From assembly GCF_009914755.1 (NCBI RefSeq), contig NC_060934.1: a stretch of 64,000 nt of DNA. The stretch is one strand, 5' to 3'. Both the position numbers and the translations under genes were made by a program. Origin of the DNA: the human T2T-CHM13v2.0 reference genome, Homo sapiens. Each line of letters opens with the position of its first letter. Within the stretch, counting starts at the first letter, position 1. Below the pieces are notes generated by a model that made no database searches, was not told where the DNA came from, and saw only the letters and a program-made list of their open reading frames with translations. Below are positions 1 through 19,723 of the stretch, in pieces.

Positions 1-216
1 GCATAGGAAATCACAAGGGTATCGATTGCGGAAGTGATAAGTGTCCATGAAATCTTCACAATTTCTGTTTAGAGATTGCAGTAAAGACAGGTGTAAGAAA
101 TCATAAAAGTATTCATTTGGGGAACTAATAAATGTCCATGAAATCTTCACAATCCACATTCTTCTGCCATGGCTTCAGCTGGTCCCTCCGTTCAGGGTCC
201 CTGACTTCCCACAACA
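1..216 (-). mobile_element. MER11-type LTR (HERV-K11/HML-8), 5' end; runs off the window
   Basis: Reverse complement starts TGTTGTGGGAAGTCAGGGACCCTGAACGGAGGGACCAGCTGAAGCCATGGCAGAAG, matching the recalled MER11 5' terminus; internal repeat TGTCCATGAAATCTTCACAAT at 42 and 133. Confidence 0.8.
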
Positions 217-2069
217 CATTGGGTCTAATGGTCATGGCAGGGAGGAGTCCCCACCCATACTGTAAACCCTCAGAGGGCACAGCAGCATCAGCTAGCTTTG
301 TCTGGTATGGGTCTTTGTGCATCCCTTGAGGCCTCATGCCAAGACAAGAGTGCCCACCTGAAAGGTTCCCAGCCTCCCACAGCTGGGCTGGGATCATGCC
401 TGCCCCTGCTCACCCCCGAGGCTGCTGGGAGCCCTCAGCTAAATCTCCTCAGCAGGAGCTCTCCAACCCTGCAGGCCTGAGTTCAGCCCCATACCCCAGC
501 AGTTGCTCTACCCTCAAAATCCCCCACAGAAGGTTCCTGGTCATTTCCACTCCAATTTCCTTGGCTTTATTTAGCCCTTAACACCTGTCCTGTCCAGCCC
601 GTTCCCCACTGGGAGACCAGAGGAAGGGAGGAAAGGTCATATGGGAAAGACACCTGGGGACACAGTCCATCCCTGAATCAGAAGACAGGGGGGCCAGGTT
701 CAGGGCTTTCTTCCTCCACTGACTCACCTCTCAGGGTTCAATTGCCTCATCTGTGCAACGAACATGAAAGTCACCAGCCCGCCTAAAGGCAGAAGCTTAG
801 GCAGATGAACTTCTGAAGGCATGTCCTACCCTCAAGCTCTATAATAGATAGGTCTAATAGGTCACAAGTAGCACTGGGGATCTACACGTGCTTGGGAAGG
901 CTGCAGAGCTAATCCTCCTCCTGGTTTCTGGGGCAGTGTTTGAGTCTCACCAGTCAGTTACTGCAAATGGGCTCTGGGATAGGCATTTCATCCCCATACC
1001 CCTTCCCTTCTCTCCCTTCTCTTTCCCTCCCCACTGCAGGATACTTCCTGCCCCTGCTAAGTTGGCTTCCCCCAGGAAAAGGTAGGGACAGTCCAGCCTT
1101 ACAGGAGTGCATGCTTGTCCTCCAGGTGAGGGCTGAGTTGCTCATACCTGGTATTCTCAGCTGCTGCCTTCACTGCAGCTTTGATGATGTTGCTGCTACC
1201 TTGGTTCCAACACAATGGTCATTCATGGCCACAGGAGGATTGCCCCTTTCCAGAACAAGGTGGAAGATGACTGGCAGGCACAGGCATCTGTTCTCTGGCC
1301 TCTAAAGCCCTCAGTGAACCTAAGATTAAATAAGTAGCCTTTGTTGCCACTGCTAAGAGGAAGGGAGATGGGACCAGAGAAGCCTCAGAGGGAGACAGTC
1401 CATGGAACTAGGGTTGTAGGGGGAATTGAGGGTGCTGACTCCAAACTCCTCCAGGCACTGCCTTCAGTCTGGGCACCTTCTGGGCTGTCAGCTGGGCAAT
1501 CCCACCACCAGGAAGGTGAGCCTGGGGCATCAGGGGCTGCTGAGCCATGGGCTTGGGTCTGCCTGAGTTGGCACCACAGGGTCTACAGCATCTCTCTGGG
1601 CTGATGGCCTAGGCTGTGCAACCTCAGGGAACATGCTTAACTTCTCTGAGCCTCACGTTTCCCAAATGTCAAATGCACCATATGGATACAAAGATCTAGT
1701 TTTCAAACACTTTCAGCAGCAGATCCTCCAAATGTAAAAGAGGTGACGGCAGAGCCTGATGAATTTGGGAGGTTCTGGGACAGTTGGGGCCCCACCCAAA
1801 GACCTACCTATGTGGTCATGCTCCCCCTCAAGGGCTGGCCGGCTGAATTGAAATATCTTACATGTAAACTTTCACGTAAATATCTTACATGAAAAGTTAG
1901 CATAAACTCAAATTCTCAAATGAATTGCTGGCAATTGACTTTCTGCTAGTAAAGTTTCTTAAGCAAGCATGAATTTCCCTTTAAAAATCTAAATATTGTG
2001 CTTACCAAATCAAGCAAGAAATCTGGTTACATAGACAAAATGGTCATTTGGCAAAGTAATTGGTGAGTT

Positions 2070-2345
2070 TTGTTAGAATGCAGAAATGTGGTCTCCACCC
2101 CAGACCCACTGAATCAGGCCCTGCATTTTAACAAGATCTCCAGAGATCCCTACTGTCCTTCAAGTTTGAGAAGTGCTAAGTTAAAGCAATCACATTTGCA
2201 TCACCCTAGCTCTTGAGAAATGGTCAGCATTCAGGCCCCCACTCCAGGGGTTCTCTGTTGGCCTGGGGTGAGGTCCATCCAGGTGCCCAGGTGTTGTGAA
2301 GTTCCTCAGGTGATGTCAGTGTGGATGCAGGGCCTGACTGCTGGG
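2070..2345. mobile_element. MER5-like hAT-Charlie fragments
   Basis: Motifs AGAATGCAGA...CCCAGACCCACTGAATCAG...CTGCATTTTAACAAG...AAGTTTGAGAAGTGCT; a second decayed copy follows. Confidence 0.55.
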
Positions 2346-2891
2346 AGGGCCAGCAGCCACGCTTGTCTAAATGTCTTCATCTTCTCCCTCTTCTTTCATT
2401 CCCTTGGGGACCTTGAATTTCCAAGCTCTGGCAGATGCTCTCACTGGAGCCTGATTTCTGTCACCTAAAGCTGACAGTCACAAGCCGACAGCCAGGGAGA
2501 TGCATCCCTTTCAAAGCAACTGAGTGGCGTGTCAGTTCATACTTTGCATGGGGCTAACCACTGGGAGGATAACAGTCGCAGAAGCGACCCAGTGGGGACA
2601 GAGGCAGGGCCAGCCTTCACTGACCACTTACTTCTTGGACCATCTCAGGGCAATTGGTCTGGGCAAGAGAGCCCTGTCCAAGCAAAGATCACAGGGCAGC
2701 CGGGGCAAGAGGGAGGCTGCTGGGGCTAGAAGAAGGGGCTGTAATGAGGACCAGGGGATAGAGTAGGAGCTTAGAGCCTCCATCCTTGACTCAAAGCCAA
2801 GATTCTGAATGCTCTTCAAGCTCTGCTTCTCAAGCTCCAGCCTACATCAGAATTACCTTGGGGCTTTTAAAAATACAGACTACATGACTAC

Positions 2892-3707
2892 ATAGCTGTC
2901 ACCGTGGCTGCTGTCGGTGCAGGGGAACCCCCATCCCCAGACGTCCCCGGATGAATTGCTCCCAAAAGGCAAAGCCGTGAAGACTGAGGAGGAGCTGGAG
3001 GAGGATGACGATGAGGAGCTAGAGGAGACCCTGTCAGAGAGACTATGGGGCCTGACGGAGATGTTTCCGGAGAGGGTCCGGTCCGTGGCTGGAGCCACTT
3101 CTGATCTCTTCCTCTTTGTGGCTCAAAAAATGTACAGGTTTTCCAGGGCAGCCTTGTGGACTGGGACCACTTCCTTTATGATCCTGGTTCTTCCCCTTGT
3201 CTTTGAGACTGAGAAGTTGCAAATGGAGCAACAGCAGCAACTGCAGCAGCAGCAGATACTTCTAGGGCCTAACACAGGGCTCTCAGGAGGAATGCCAGGG
3301 GCTCTACCTTCACTTCCTGGAAAGATCTAGATTGTCACTGCTGTTTGAGCTATCTTGGTGGGAGAAGTTTGAAATTCAATAGTGTTTGAACTGCTGATTA
3401 TTTGGATTTTTTTTTCTTTAACTTTGGCACATTGATCTATCTAAATCTAGTAGGGAGAATTCTCCCCACATTGTCTCATGGAAAGACTCAACTTGCAACT
3501 GTGCCCTCCACACTATCCTGACTTCTTTTCTTCACTCTGATACCATAGTGCAGCCATGCAGACAGTTATTCCAGCTCTAGCCGCTCCTTTCACCAAATTG
3601 CTCCTAACTGGAAGATCTCACTTTCCCTTTGTGGGCTAGGAACCGATGAAAGTGGGAGGGATGTGCCCCTGACCATTAACGACTGCTTTTTTATTTATTT
3701 TTTGGAA
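2892..3707 (+). pseudogene. TOMM22P5: TOMM22 processed pseudogene (CDS plus partial 3' UTR)
   Basis: Intronless; translates to SPDELLPKG...EEELEEDDDEELEETLSERLWGLTEMFPERVRS...ALWTGTTSFMILVLPLVFETEKLQMEQQQQLQQQQILLGPNTGLSGGMPGALPSLPGKI*, clearly Tom22. Start ATG>ATA at 2892; 10-bp duplication 2934-2953 shifts frame; stop at 3328-3330. The P5 number is inferred from location next to CACUL1 and is less certain. Confidence 0.93.
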
Positions 3708-5462
3708 TAGAAGGGTTTTTCTGATGTTTTAGAATTTTTATGGTTTCAGGTCTTAGATTTAAGTCTTTGATCGATTTTGAGTTGCTTTTTGCATAAGGTG
3801 AGAGATGAGGATCCAGTTTCATTCTTCTACATGTGGCTTGCCAATTATCCCAGCACCATTTGTAGAATAGGGTGTCCTTCCCCCACTTTGTTTTTGTTTG
3901 CTTAGTTGAAGATCAGTTGATTGTAAGTATTTAGCTTTATATCTGAGTTCTCTATTCTGTTACATTGGCCTCTATGCCCATTTTTATACCAATACCAGGA
4001 TGTATTTTGGTGATTATGGCCTTATAGTATAGTTTGAAGTCAGCTAATGTGATGCCTCCAGATGTGTTCTTTTTGCTTAGTCTTGCTTTGACTATGTGGA
4101 CTCTTTTTTTGGTTGCATATGCAATTAGGATTGTTTTTTCTAGTTCTGTGAAGAATGATGGTGCTATTTTGAGAATTTGCATTGAATTTTTAGAATGTTT
4201 TTGGCAGTATGGTTATTTTCACAATATTAATTCTACCCGTTCATTAGCATAGGATGTATGTCCATTTGTTTGTGTCAATGGAAAAACATCATGTGTCAAT
4301 TTCTTTCAGCAATGTTTTGTACTTTTCCCTATAGAGGTCTTTTACCTCCTTGGTTAAGTATATTTCTCGATATTTTATTTTCTTGCAGCTATTGTAAAAA
4401 GGGCTGAGTTCTTGATTTGATTCTCAGCTTGGTCACTGTTGGTGTAAAACACAGCTACTGATTTGTGTATATTAATTTTGTATTCTGAAATTGGGCAGAA
4501 TTCATTTACCAGTTTTAGGAGCTTTTTGGATGAGTCTTTAGGGTTTTCTAGGTATACGATCATGTCATCAGCAAACAGCAACAGTTTGACTTTGTCTTTA
4601 CCCACTTGGATGCCCTTTCTTTCTCTTGTCTGTTTGTTCTGGCTAGAACTTCCAGTACTATGTTGAATAGAAGTGCTGAAAGTGGGCATCCTTGTCCTGT
4701 TCCAGTTCTCAGTGGGAATGCTTTCAACTTTTCTTTATTCAGTATAATGTTGGCTGTGGGTTTGTCATAGATGGCTTTTATTACCTTAAGCTATGTCCCT
4801 TTTATGCAATTTTGCTAACAGTTTCAATCATAAAGTGATGCTGGATTTTGTCAAATGTTTTTTCTGCATCTATTGAGATCATGTGATTTTTCTTTTTAAT
4901 TCTGTTTATATGGTGTATCACATTTATTGACTTGCAGATGTTGAATCATCCCTGCACCCTTGTTATGAAACCCACTTAATCATGGTGGATTATCCTTTTG
5001 ATATGCTGTTGGATTCCGTTAGTATTTTGTTGAGGATTTTTGCATCTGTGATACAGATATTAGTCTGTGGTTTTCTTTTTTTGTTATATCCTTTCCTGGT
5101 TTTGGTATTAGGGTGATATTGGCTTCATAGAATGATTTAGGGAGGATTCCCTCTTTCTCTATCTCATGGAATAGTGTCAGTAGGATTGGTACCAATTCTT
5201 CTTTGAATGCCTGATAGAATTCAGCTGTGAATCTATCTGGTCCTGGACTTTTTTTGTTGGTAACATTTGAATTATTTCAATCTCACTGCTTGTTATTGGT
5301 CTGTTCAGAGTTTCTATTTCTTCCTGTTTAATCTACAAATGTTGTATATTTCCAGGAATTTATCCATCTCCTCTATGTTTTCTAGTTAATGTGTGTAAAG
5401 GTGTTCATAGTAGCCTTGAATGATCTTTTGTATTTCTGTGGTATTGCTTGTAATCTCTTCCA

Positions 5463-11874
<6,412 letters not shown>

Positions 11875-12174
11875 AAATCATCTGGCATATCTTCACTTAG
11901 AAGGTGGGATGCACACCAACTTCCCATTTTGTTTCTAATTGAGCTTATTTGGATCTTCTCTCTTTTCTTGGTTAATCTTGCTAATGATCTATCAATTGTA
12001 TTGATCTTTTCAAACAACCAGCTTTTTGTTTCATTTATCTTTTGTATTGTTTTTTGTTTCTCTTTTGCTAATAAATGATTTTTTGTTTGACAAAATGCAG
12101 ATTCCTGTCCCATACTAGATCTACAAATCAGATTTTGCAGGACAAGTTCTAGGTATCTACATTCTTTTCTTTCA

Positions 12175-15100
12175 AAAAAATTTTACATTTTTATTTTTCC
12201 ATAAGTTATTGGGGTACAGGTGGTATTTGGTTACATGAGTAAGTTCTTTAGTGGTGATTTGTGAGATGTTGGTGCACCCATCACCTGAGCTGTATGCACT
12301 GCACCATATTTGTAGTCTTTTGTCCCTTGTCCCCCTCCCACTCTTCCCCTCAAGTCCCCAAAGTCAATTGTATCATTCTTATTCCTTTGTGTCCTCATAG
12401 CTTAACTCCCACATATCAGTGAGAACATATGTTGTTTGATTTTCTATTCCTGAGTTACTTCACTTAGAATAATAGTCTCCAGTCTCATCCAGGTCACTGC
12501 AAATGCTGTTAATTCATTCCTTTTTATGGCTGAATAGTATTCCATCATGTATATATATATACCAAAGTCTTGATCCACTCATTGATTGATGGGCATTTGG
12601 GTTGGTTCCACGATTTTGCAGTTGTGAATTGTGCTGCTATAAACATGTGTGTGCAAATATCTTTTTCAAATAATAACTTCTTTTCCTCTGGGTAGATACC
12701 CAGTAGTGGGATTGCTGGATCAAATGGTAGTTCTAATTTTAGTTCTTTAAGGAATCTCCACACTGTTTTCCATAGCAGCTACACTAGTTTACATTCCCAC
12801 CAGCAGTGTAGAGGTGTTCTCTGATCACCACATCCATGCCAACTTCTACTGTTTTCTGATCGCTTATGGCCATTCTTGCAGGAGTAACTTGGTATTGCAT
12901 TGTGGTTTTGATTTGCATTTGCCTGATCATTAGTGATGTTGAGCATTTTTTCATGTTTGTCGACCATTGTATATCTTCTTTTGAGAACTGTCTATTCATG
13001 TCCTTAGCCCACTTTTTGATGGGGTTGTTTTTTCTTACTGATTTGAGTTCGTTGTAGATTCTGGATATTAGTCCTTTGTCAGATGTACAGATTGTGAGGA
13101 TTTGCTCCCATTCTGTGGGTTGTCTGTTTACTCTGCTGACTGTTCCTTTTGCTGTACAAAAACTTTTTAATTAGCTCCTATTTCTTTGTTTTTATTGCAT
13201 ATGCTTTTGGGTTCTTGGTCATGAAATCCTTGCATAAGCCAATGTCTAGAAAGGTTTTTCCAATGTTATCTTCTAGAGTTTTCATAGTTTCAGGTCTTAG
13301 GTTTAAGTCCTTAATCTATCTTAAGTTGATTTTTGTATAAGGTGAGAGATGAGGATCCAGTTTCATTCTTCTACATGTGGCTTGCCAATTATCCCAGCAC
13401 CATTTGTTGAAAAGGATGTCCTTTCTCCACTTTGTTTTTGTTTGCTTTGTTGAAGATCAGTTGGCTGTAAGTATTTGGGTTTATTTCTGGGTTCTCTGTT
13501 CTGTTCCATTGGTCTATGTGCCTATTTTTATACCAGTACCATGCTGTTTTGGTGACTATGGCCTTATAGTATAGTTTGAAATCAGGTAGTGTGATGTCTC
13601 CAAATTTGTTTATTTTGCTTAGTCTTGCTTTGGCTACGTGGGCTCTTTTTTAGTTCCATATGAATTTTGAATTGTTTTTTCTAACTCTGTGAAGAATGAT
13701 GGTGGTATTTTGATGGGGATTGCGTTGAATTTGTATACTGCTTTTGGCAGTATGGTCAGTTTCACAATATTGATTCCACCCATCCATGAGCATGGGATGT
13801 GTTTCCATTTGTTTGTGTCATCTATGATTTCTTTCAGTAGTGTTTTATAGTTTTCCTTGTAGAGGTCTTTCGACTCCTTTGTTGGGTATATTCCTAAGTT
13901 TTTTTTGGTTTTGGTTTTGGTGGTTTTGTTGTTGTTGTTGTTGTTGTTGTTGTTTTGCAGCTATTGTAAAAGGGGTTGAGTTCTTGATTTGATTCTCCGC
14001 GCGGTCGCTGTTGGTGTATAGAAGAGCTACTGATTTGTGTACATTAATCTTGTATCCAGAAACTTTGCTGAATTCTTTTATCAGTTCTAGGAGCTTTCTG
14101 GAGGAGTCCTTAGGGTTTTCAAGGTAAATGATCATATTGTCAACAAACAGGAACAGTTTGACTTCCTCTTTACCAATTTGGATGCCCTTTCTTTCTCTTG
14201 TCTGATTGCTGTGGCTAGGACTTCCAGTACTATGTTGAAGAGGAGTGGTGAGAGTGGGCATCCTTGTCTTGTTCCCGTTCTCAAAGGGAATTCTTTCAAC
14301 TTTTCCCCATTCAGTATTATGTTGGCTGTGGGTTTGTCATAGATGGTTTTTATTGCCTTAAGGTATGTCCCTTGTATGCCAATTTTGCAAGGTTTTAATC
14401 ACAAAGAGATGCTGGATTTTGTCAAATGCATTTTCTACATCTATTGAGATGATCATGTGATTTTTGTTTTTAATTCTGTTTATGTGGTGTATCACATTTA
14501 TTGACTTGCGTATGTTAAACCATCCCTGCATCCCTGGTATGAAACCCACTTGATCATGGTGGATTATCTTTTTGATATGTTGTTGGATTTGGTTAGCTAG
14601 TATTTTGTTAAGGATTTTAGCATCTATGTTCATCAAGGATATCGGTCTGTAGTTTTCTTTTTTGGTTGTGTCCTTTCCTGGTTTTGGTATTAGGGTGATG
14701 CTGGCTTCACAGAATGAATTAGGGAGGGTTCCTTTTTTCTCTATCTTGTGGAAAGGTGTCAAAGGGATCAGTACCAATTCTTTGAATGTTTGGTAGAATT
14801 CTGCTGTGAATCCATCTGGTCCTGGACTTTTTTGTTGTTGGTAATTTTTTAATTACCATTTCAATCTCAGTGTTTGTTATTGGTCTGTTCAGGGTATCTA
14901 GTTCTCCCTGATTTAAGCTAGGAGTGTTGTATTTTTCTAGGAATTTTTCCATCTCTTCTAGGTTTTCTAGTTTATGTGCATAAAGGTGTTCATAGTAGCC
15001 TTGAATGATCTTTCGTATTTCAGTGGTGTCAGTTGTAATATCTCCTGTTTCTTTACTCAGTGAGGTTATTTGGACTTTCTCTCTTCTTTTCTTGGTTAGT

Positions 15101-18100
15101 CTTGCTAACAGTCTATAAATTTTATTTATCTTTTCAAAGAACCAGTTTTGTTTCATTTATCTTTTGTATTTATTTTGTTTCATTTTCATTTAGTTCTTCT
15201 CTGATCTTGGTTATTTCTTTTCTTCTGCTTGGTTTGGGTTTGGGTTTGGCTTGTTCTTGTTTCTCTAGTTCCTTGAAGTGTGACTTGGGATTGTCTGTTT
15301 GTGCTCTTTCAGACTTTGATGTAGGCATTTAGGGCTGTGAACTTTCCTCTTAGCACCGCCTTAGCTGTATCCCAGAGGTTTTGATAGGTTGTGTCATTAT
15401 TGTAATTCAGTTTTAAGAATTAATTTCCATCTTGATTTTGTTTTTGACCCAGTGCTTATTCAGGAACAGGTTATTTAATTTCCATATATTTGCATGGTTT
15501 TGAAGGTTCCTTTTGGAGTTGATTTCTGGTTTTATTCCACTGTGGTCTGAAAGAGTACTTGATATAATTTCAATTTTCTTAAATTTATTAAAGCTCATTT
15601 TATGGCCTATCATATGGTCTATCTTGGAGAAAGTTCCATGTGTTGTTGAATAGAATGTATATTCTGCAGTTGTTGGATGAAATGTTCTGTATATATCTGT
15701 TAAGTTCATTTGTTCCAAGGTATAGTTTAAATCCATTGTTTCTCGTTGACTTTCTGTCTTGATGACCTGTCTAGAGCTGTCAGTGGAGTATTGAAATCCC
15801 CCACTACCATTGTGTTGCTATCTCATTTCTTAGGTCTATTAGTAATTGTTTTATAAATTTGGGATCTCCAGTGTTAGGTACGTATATATGTTTAGGATTG
15901 TGATATTTTCCTGTTGGACAAGGCCTTTTACCGTTATGTAATGTCCCTCTTTGTCTCTTTTAACTGCTGTTGCTTTAGTTTGTTTTGTCTAAGAATAGTT
16001 ACCCCTGCTTGCTCTTGTTGTCCATTTGCATGAATTGCCTTTTTCCACGCCTTTACTTTAAGTTTATGTGAGTCCTTATGTGTTAGGTGAGTCTCCTGAA
16101 GGCAGCAGACAGTTTGTTGGTGAGTTCTTATCCATTCTGAGGTTCTGTATTTAGGCCATTTACATTCAATGTTAGTATTGAAATGTGAGGTACTGTTGCA
16201 TTCGTCATGCTCTTTATTGCCTGTGTACTTTGGGTTTTTTTGTTTTTGCTTTTTAATTTGTATTTTTGTTTATAGTTCCTGTGTGATTTGTGCTTTAAAG
16301 AGGCTCTGTTTTGATGTGTTTCCAGGATTTGTTTCAAGATTTAGAGCTCCTTTTAGCAGTTCTTGTAGTGGTGGCTTGGTAATGGCAAATTCTCTCAGCA
16401 TTTGTTTGTCTAAAAATGACTGTATATTTCCTTCATATATGATGTTTAGTTTCGCTGGATACAAAATTCTTGGCTGATAATTGTTTTGTTTGAGGAGGCT
16501 AAAGATATGGCTCCAGTCCCTTCTAGCTTGTTGGGTTTCTGCTGAGAAATCTGCTGTTAATCTAATAGATTTTCCTTTATAGGCTACCTGGTGCTTCTGT
16601 CTCACAGCTCTTAAGATTATTTCCTTCACCTTAACTTTGGATAACCTGATGACAATGTGCAATGAATTTCCCAGGTGTTCTTTGTGTTTCTTGTATCGCA
16701 TGTCTAGGTCTCTAGCAAGGCCGGGGAAGTTTTCTTCGATTATTCTCCCAAATATGTTTTCCAAGCTTTTAGAATTGTCTTTTTCCTCAGGGATGTTGAT
16801 TATTCTTAGGTTTGGTTATTTGACATAATCTCAGACTTCTTGGAGGCTTTGTTCATATTTTCTTATTCTTTTTTCTTTGTCTTTGTTGGATTGGGTTAAT
16901 TCGAAGACCTTGTCTTCAAGCTCTGAATTTCTTTCTTCTACTTGTTCAATTCTATTGCTGAGACTTTCCAGAGCATTTTGCATTTCTAAAAATGTGTCCA
17001 AAGTTTCCTTAATTTTTTATTGTTTTTTCTTTAAGCTATCTATTTCCTTGAATATTTCTCCCTTCACTTCCTATATCATTTTTTGGATTTCCTGGCATTG
17101 GGCTTCGCTTTTCTCTGGTCCCTCCCTAATTAGCTTAATAACTAACCTCTGGAATTCTTTTTCAGGTAAATCAGGGATTTCTTCTTGGTTTGGATCCATT
17201 GCTGGTGAACTAATGTGATTTTTAGGGGGCGTTGACAAGCCTTGTTTTGTCGTATTACCAGGGTTGGTTTTCTGGTTCCTTCTCATTTGGGTAGGCTCTG
17301 TCAGAGGGAAGGTCTAGGGCTGAAGGCTGCTGTTCAGATTTTTTTGTACCATGGGGTGTTCCTTTGCTGTAGACTCTCCCCCTTTTCCTGTGGATGTGGC
17401 TTCCTGTGAGCTGAACTGCAGTGATTGTTATCTCTCTTCTGGGTCTAGCCACCCAGCTAGTCTATTGGGCTCTGGGCTGGTACTGGGGGTTGTCTGCACA
17501 GAGTCCCGTGATGTGAACTGTCTAAGGGTCTCAGCCACCAGTGCCTGTTCTGATGGAGGTGGCAGAGTGTGCAATGGACTCCATGAGGGTCCTTAGCTTT
17601 GGTGGTTTAATGCTCTATTTTTGTGCTGGTTGGCCTCCTGCCAGGAGGTGAAGCTTTCCAGAAAGCATCAGCTGTAGTAGTGTGGAGAGGGACTGGCAGT
17701 GGGTGAAGCCCTAGAACTCCCAAGATTATATGCCCTTTGTCTTTCCCTACCAAGGTGGATAGGGAAGGACCATCGGGTGGGTTGGAGATAGGCATGTCTA
17801 AGCTCAGACTCTCCTCAGGCAGGTCTTGCTGCAGCTGCTGTGGGAGATGGGAGTGAGATTCCCAGGTCACTGGAGTTGTGTACCTCAGAGGATTATGGCT
17901 ACCTCTGCTGAGTGATGCAGGTTGTCAGGGAAGTGGGGGAAAGCCAGCAGTCACAGGCCTCACCCAGCTCCCACACAAACTGAAGGGCTGGTCTCACTCC
18001 CACTGTGCCCCCACAGCAATAGCCCTGAGTCTATTTCTAAGCAGAGGGCAAGATGGGCTTGAAAACTTGCCCAAGGCTTTCTGCCTCCCAGCTGCGAAAG

Positions 18101-18703
18101 AAAAGGACTTTAGTTCTTCCCCTGCCTGTGAGGTCTGCAAGCAGGATTCACACCCTTCCTCCAGTTCTGGCAAGGAGGCTTCTCGCCTGGTTCAAATGGT
18201 TACAAAGTTCAGCCAAAGAATTCCTTCACCCTGTGGAGTTTCACCCTGTGGAGTTTCACCCCCTGCTCCTCTGGCCACCCTCCTGATGGATCCCTGTGGT
18301 GCCAGCAGGGATGAGCTGCTTGGGGACCCAGCAAGCTCCCAGGGCCTTTCTGTGGCTTCCTCTACCCCTGTATTTCACTTGGCTCGGTTCTCTAACTTGA
18401 TTTAGCTCCAGGTAAAGTTGGAAACTTCTCCTGCCAACAGATCTTCGGCTTCTCCAGTTGAGGAGTTGTGTTTGGGAGAGGAGGGTCTCCCTTTCCCACT
18501 TCCACAGTTGGGGCACTCTCAGTATTTGCAGTGTCTCCATGGGTCCTGCAGGAGCAGTCTGCTTTCTTCAGAAGGTCTGTGGGTCCTCTCAGGATTGCTG
18601 GTTTGTTCTTGCAGTCAATCTGGAGCTAAAATTCAGTGCAAGCCTCCGCATGCTGCTCTGTCCGGAGCTGCAATCTAGTCCTGCCTCCCATCTGCCACGA
18701 TCC
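12175..18703 (-). mobile_element. Full-length inactive L1PB1-like element with L1PBa-type 5' UTR
   Basis: L1PB 3' end (TTTTCCATAAGTTATTGGGGTACAGGTGGTATTTGG); ORF2 fragments ~12545-16210; ORF1 start 17286 (MRRNQKTNPGN); 5' end GATCGTGGCAGATGGGAGGCAGGACTAGATTGCAGC. Confidence 0.88.
13925..13953 (+). repeat. (GTT)n microsatellite inside L1 ORF2
   Basis: About 8 GTT units read directly. Confidence 0.9.
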
Positions 18704-19413
18704 TGAAATCTGTTTGTTTTAATTTCATTTAGTTCTGCTCTGATCTTAGTTGTTTCTTTTCTTCTGCTGGGTTTGGGTTTGGTTTTTGTTTCTATAGTTC
18801 CCTGAGGTGTGACCTTAGATTGTCTATTTTTTGATGTAACTTTTTGTGACTTTTTGATGTGGGCATTTAATGCTATAAACTTTCCTCTTAGCACTGCTTT
18901 TGCTGTATCCCAGAGTTCTGATAGATTGTGTCACTATTACTGTTCAGTTCAAAGAATCTTTAAATTTCCATCTTCATTTCATTGTTGATACAATGATCAT
19001 TCAGGTGCAGGTCATTTAATTTCCATGTATTTGCATGGTTTTGAGGGTTCCTTTTGGAATTGATTCCCAATTCCACTGTGGTGTGAGAAAGTACTTGATG
19101 TAATTCCAATTTCTTAAATTTGTTGAGACTTGTTTGTGGCCTATCATATGGTCTATCTTGGAGAATGTTCCATGTGCTGAAGAAAACAATGTATATACTG
19201 CAGTTGTTGGTAGAATGTTCTGTAAATATCTGTTAATTCCATTTGTTCTAGGGTATAGTTTAAGAGCATTGTTTCTTTGTTGACTTTCTGTCTTAATGAC
19301 CTGCCTAGTGCTGTCAGTGGTGTACTGAATTGCATTCCCCCACTATTATTGTGTTGCTCTCTATCTCATTTCTTAGGTCTATTAGTAATGGTTTTAAAAA
19401 TTTGGGAGCTCCA

Positions 19414-19723
<310 letters not shown>

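Noticed and set aside
2880-3240. Poly-Ser and poly-Leu minus-strand ORFs
   Set aside because: Antisense shadows of the TOMM22 acidic and Gln tracts.
13845-14261. Poly-Q ORF ([21 protein letters not shown])
   Set aside because: Translation of a (GTT)n microsatellite inside dead L1 ORF2.
17878-18405. 175-aa ORF with a 15-bp tandem duplication near 18225-18260
   Set aside because: Antisense L1PB 5' UTR; the duplication is simple slippage.
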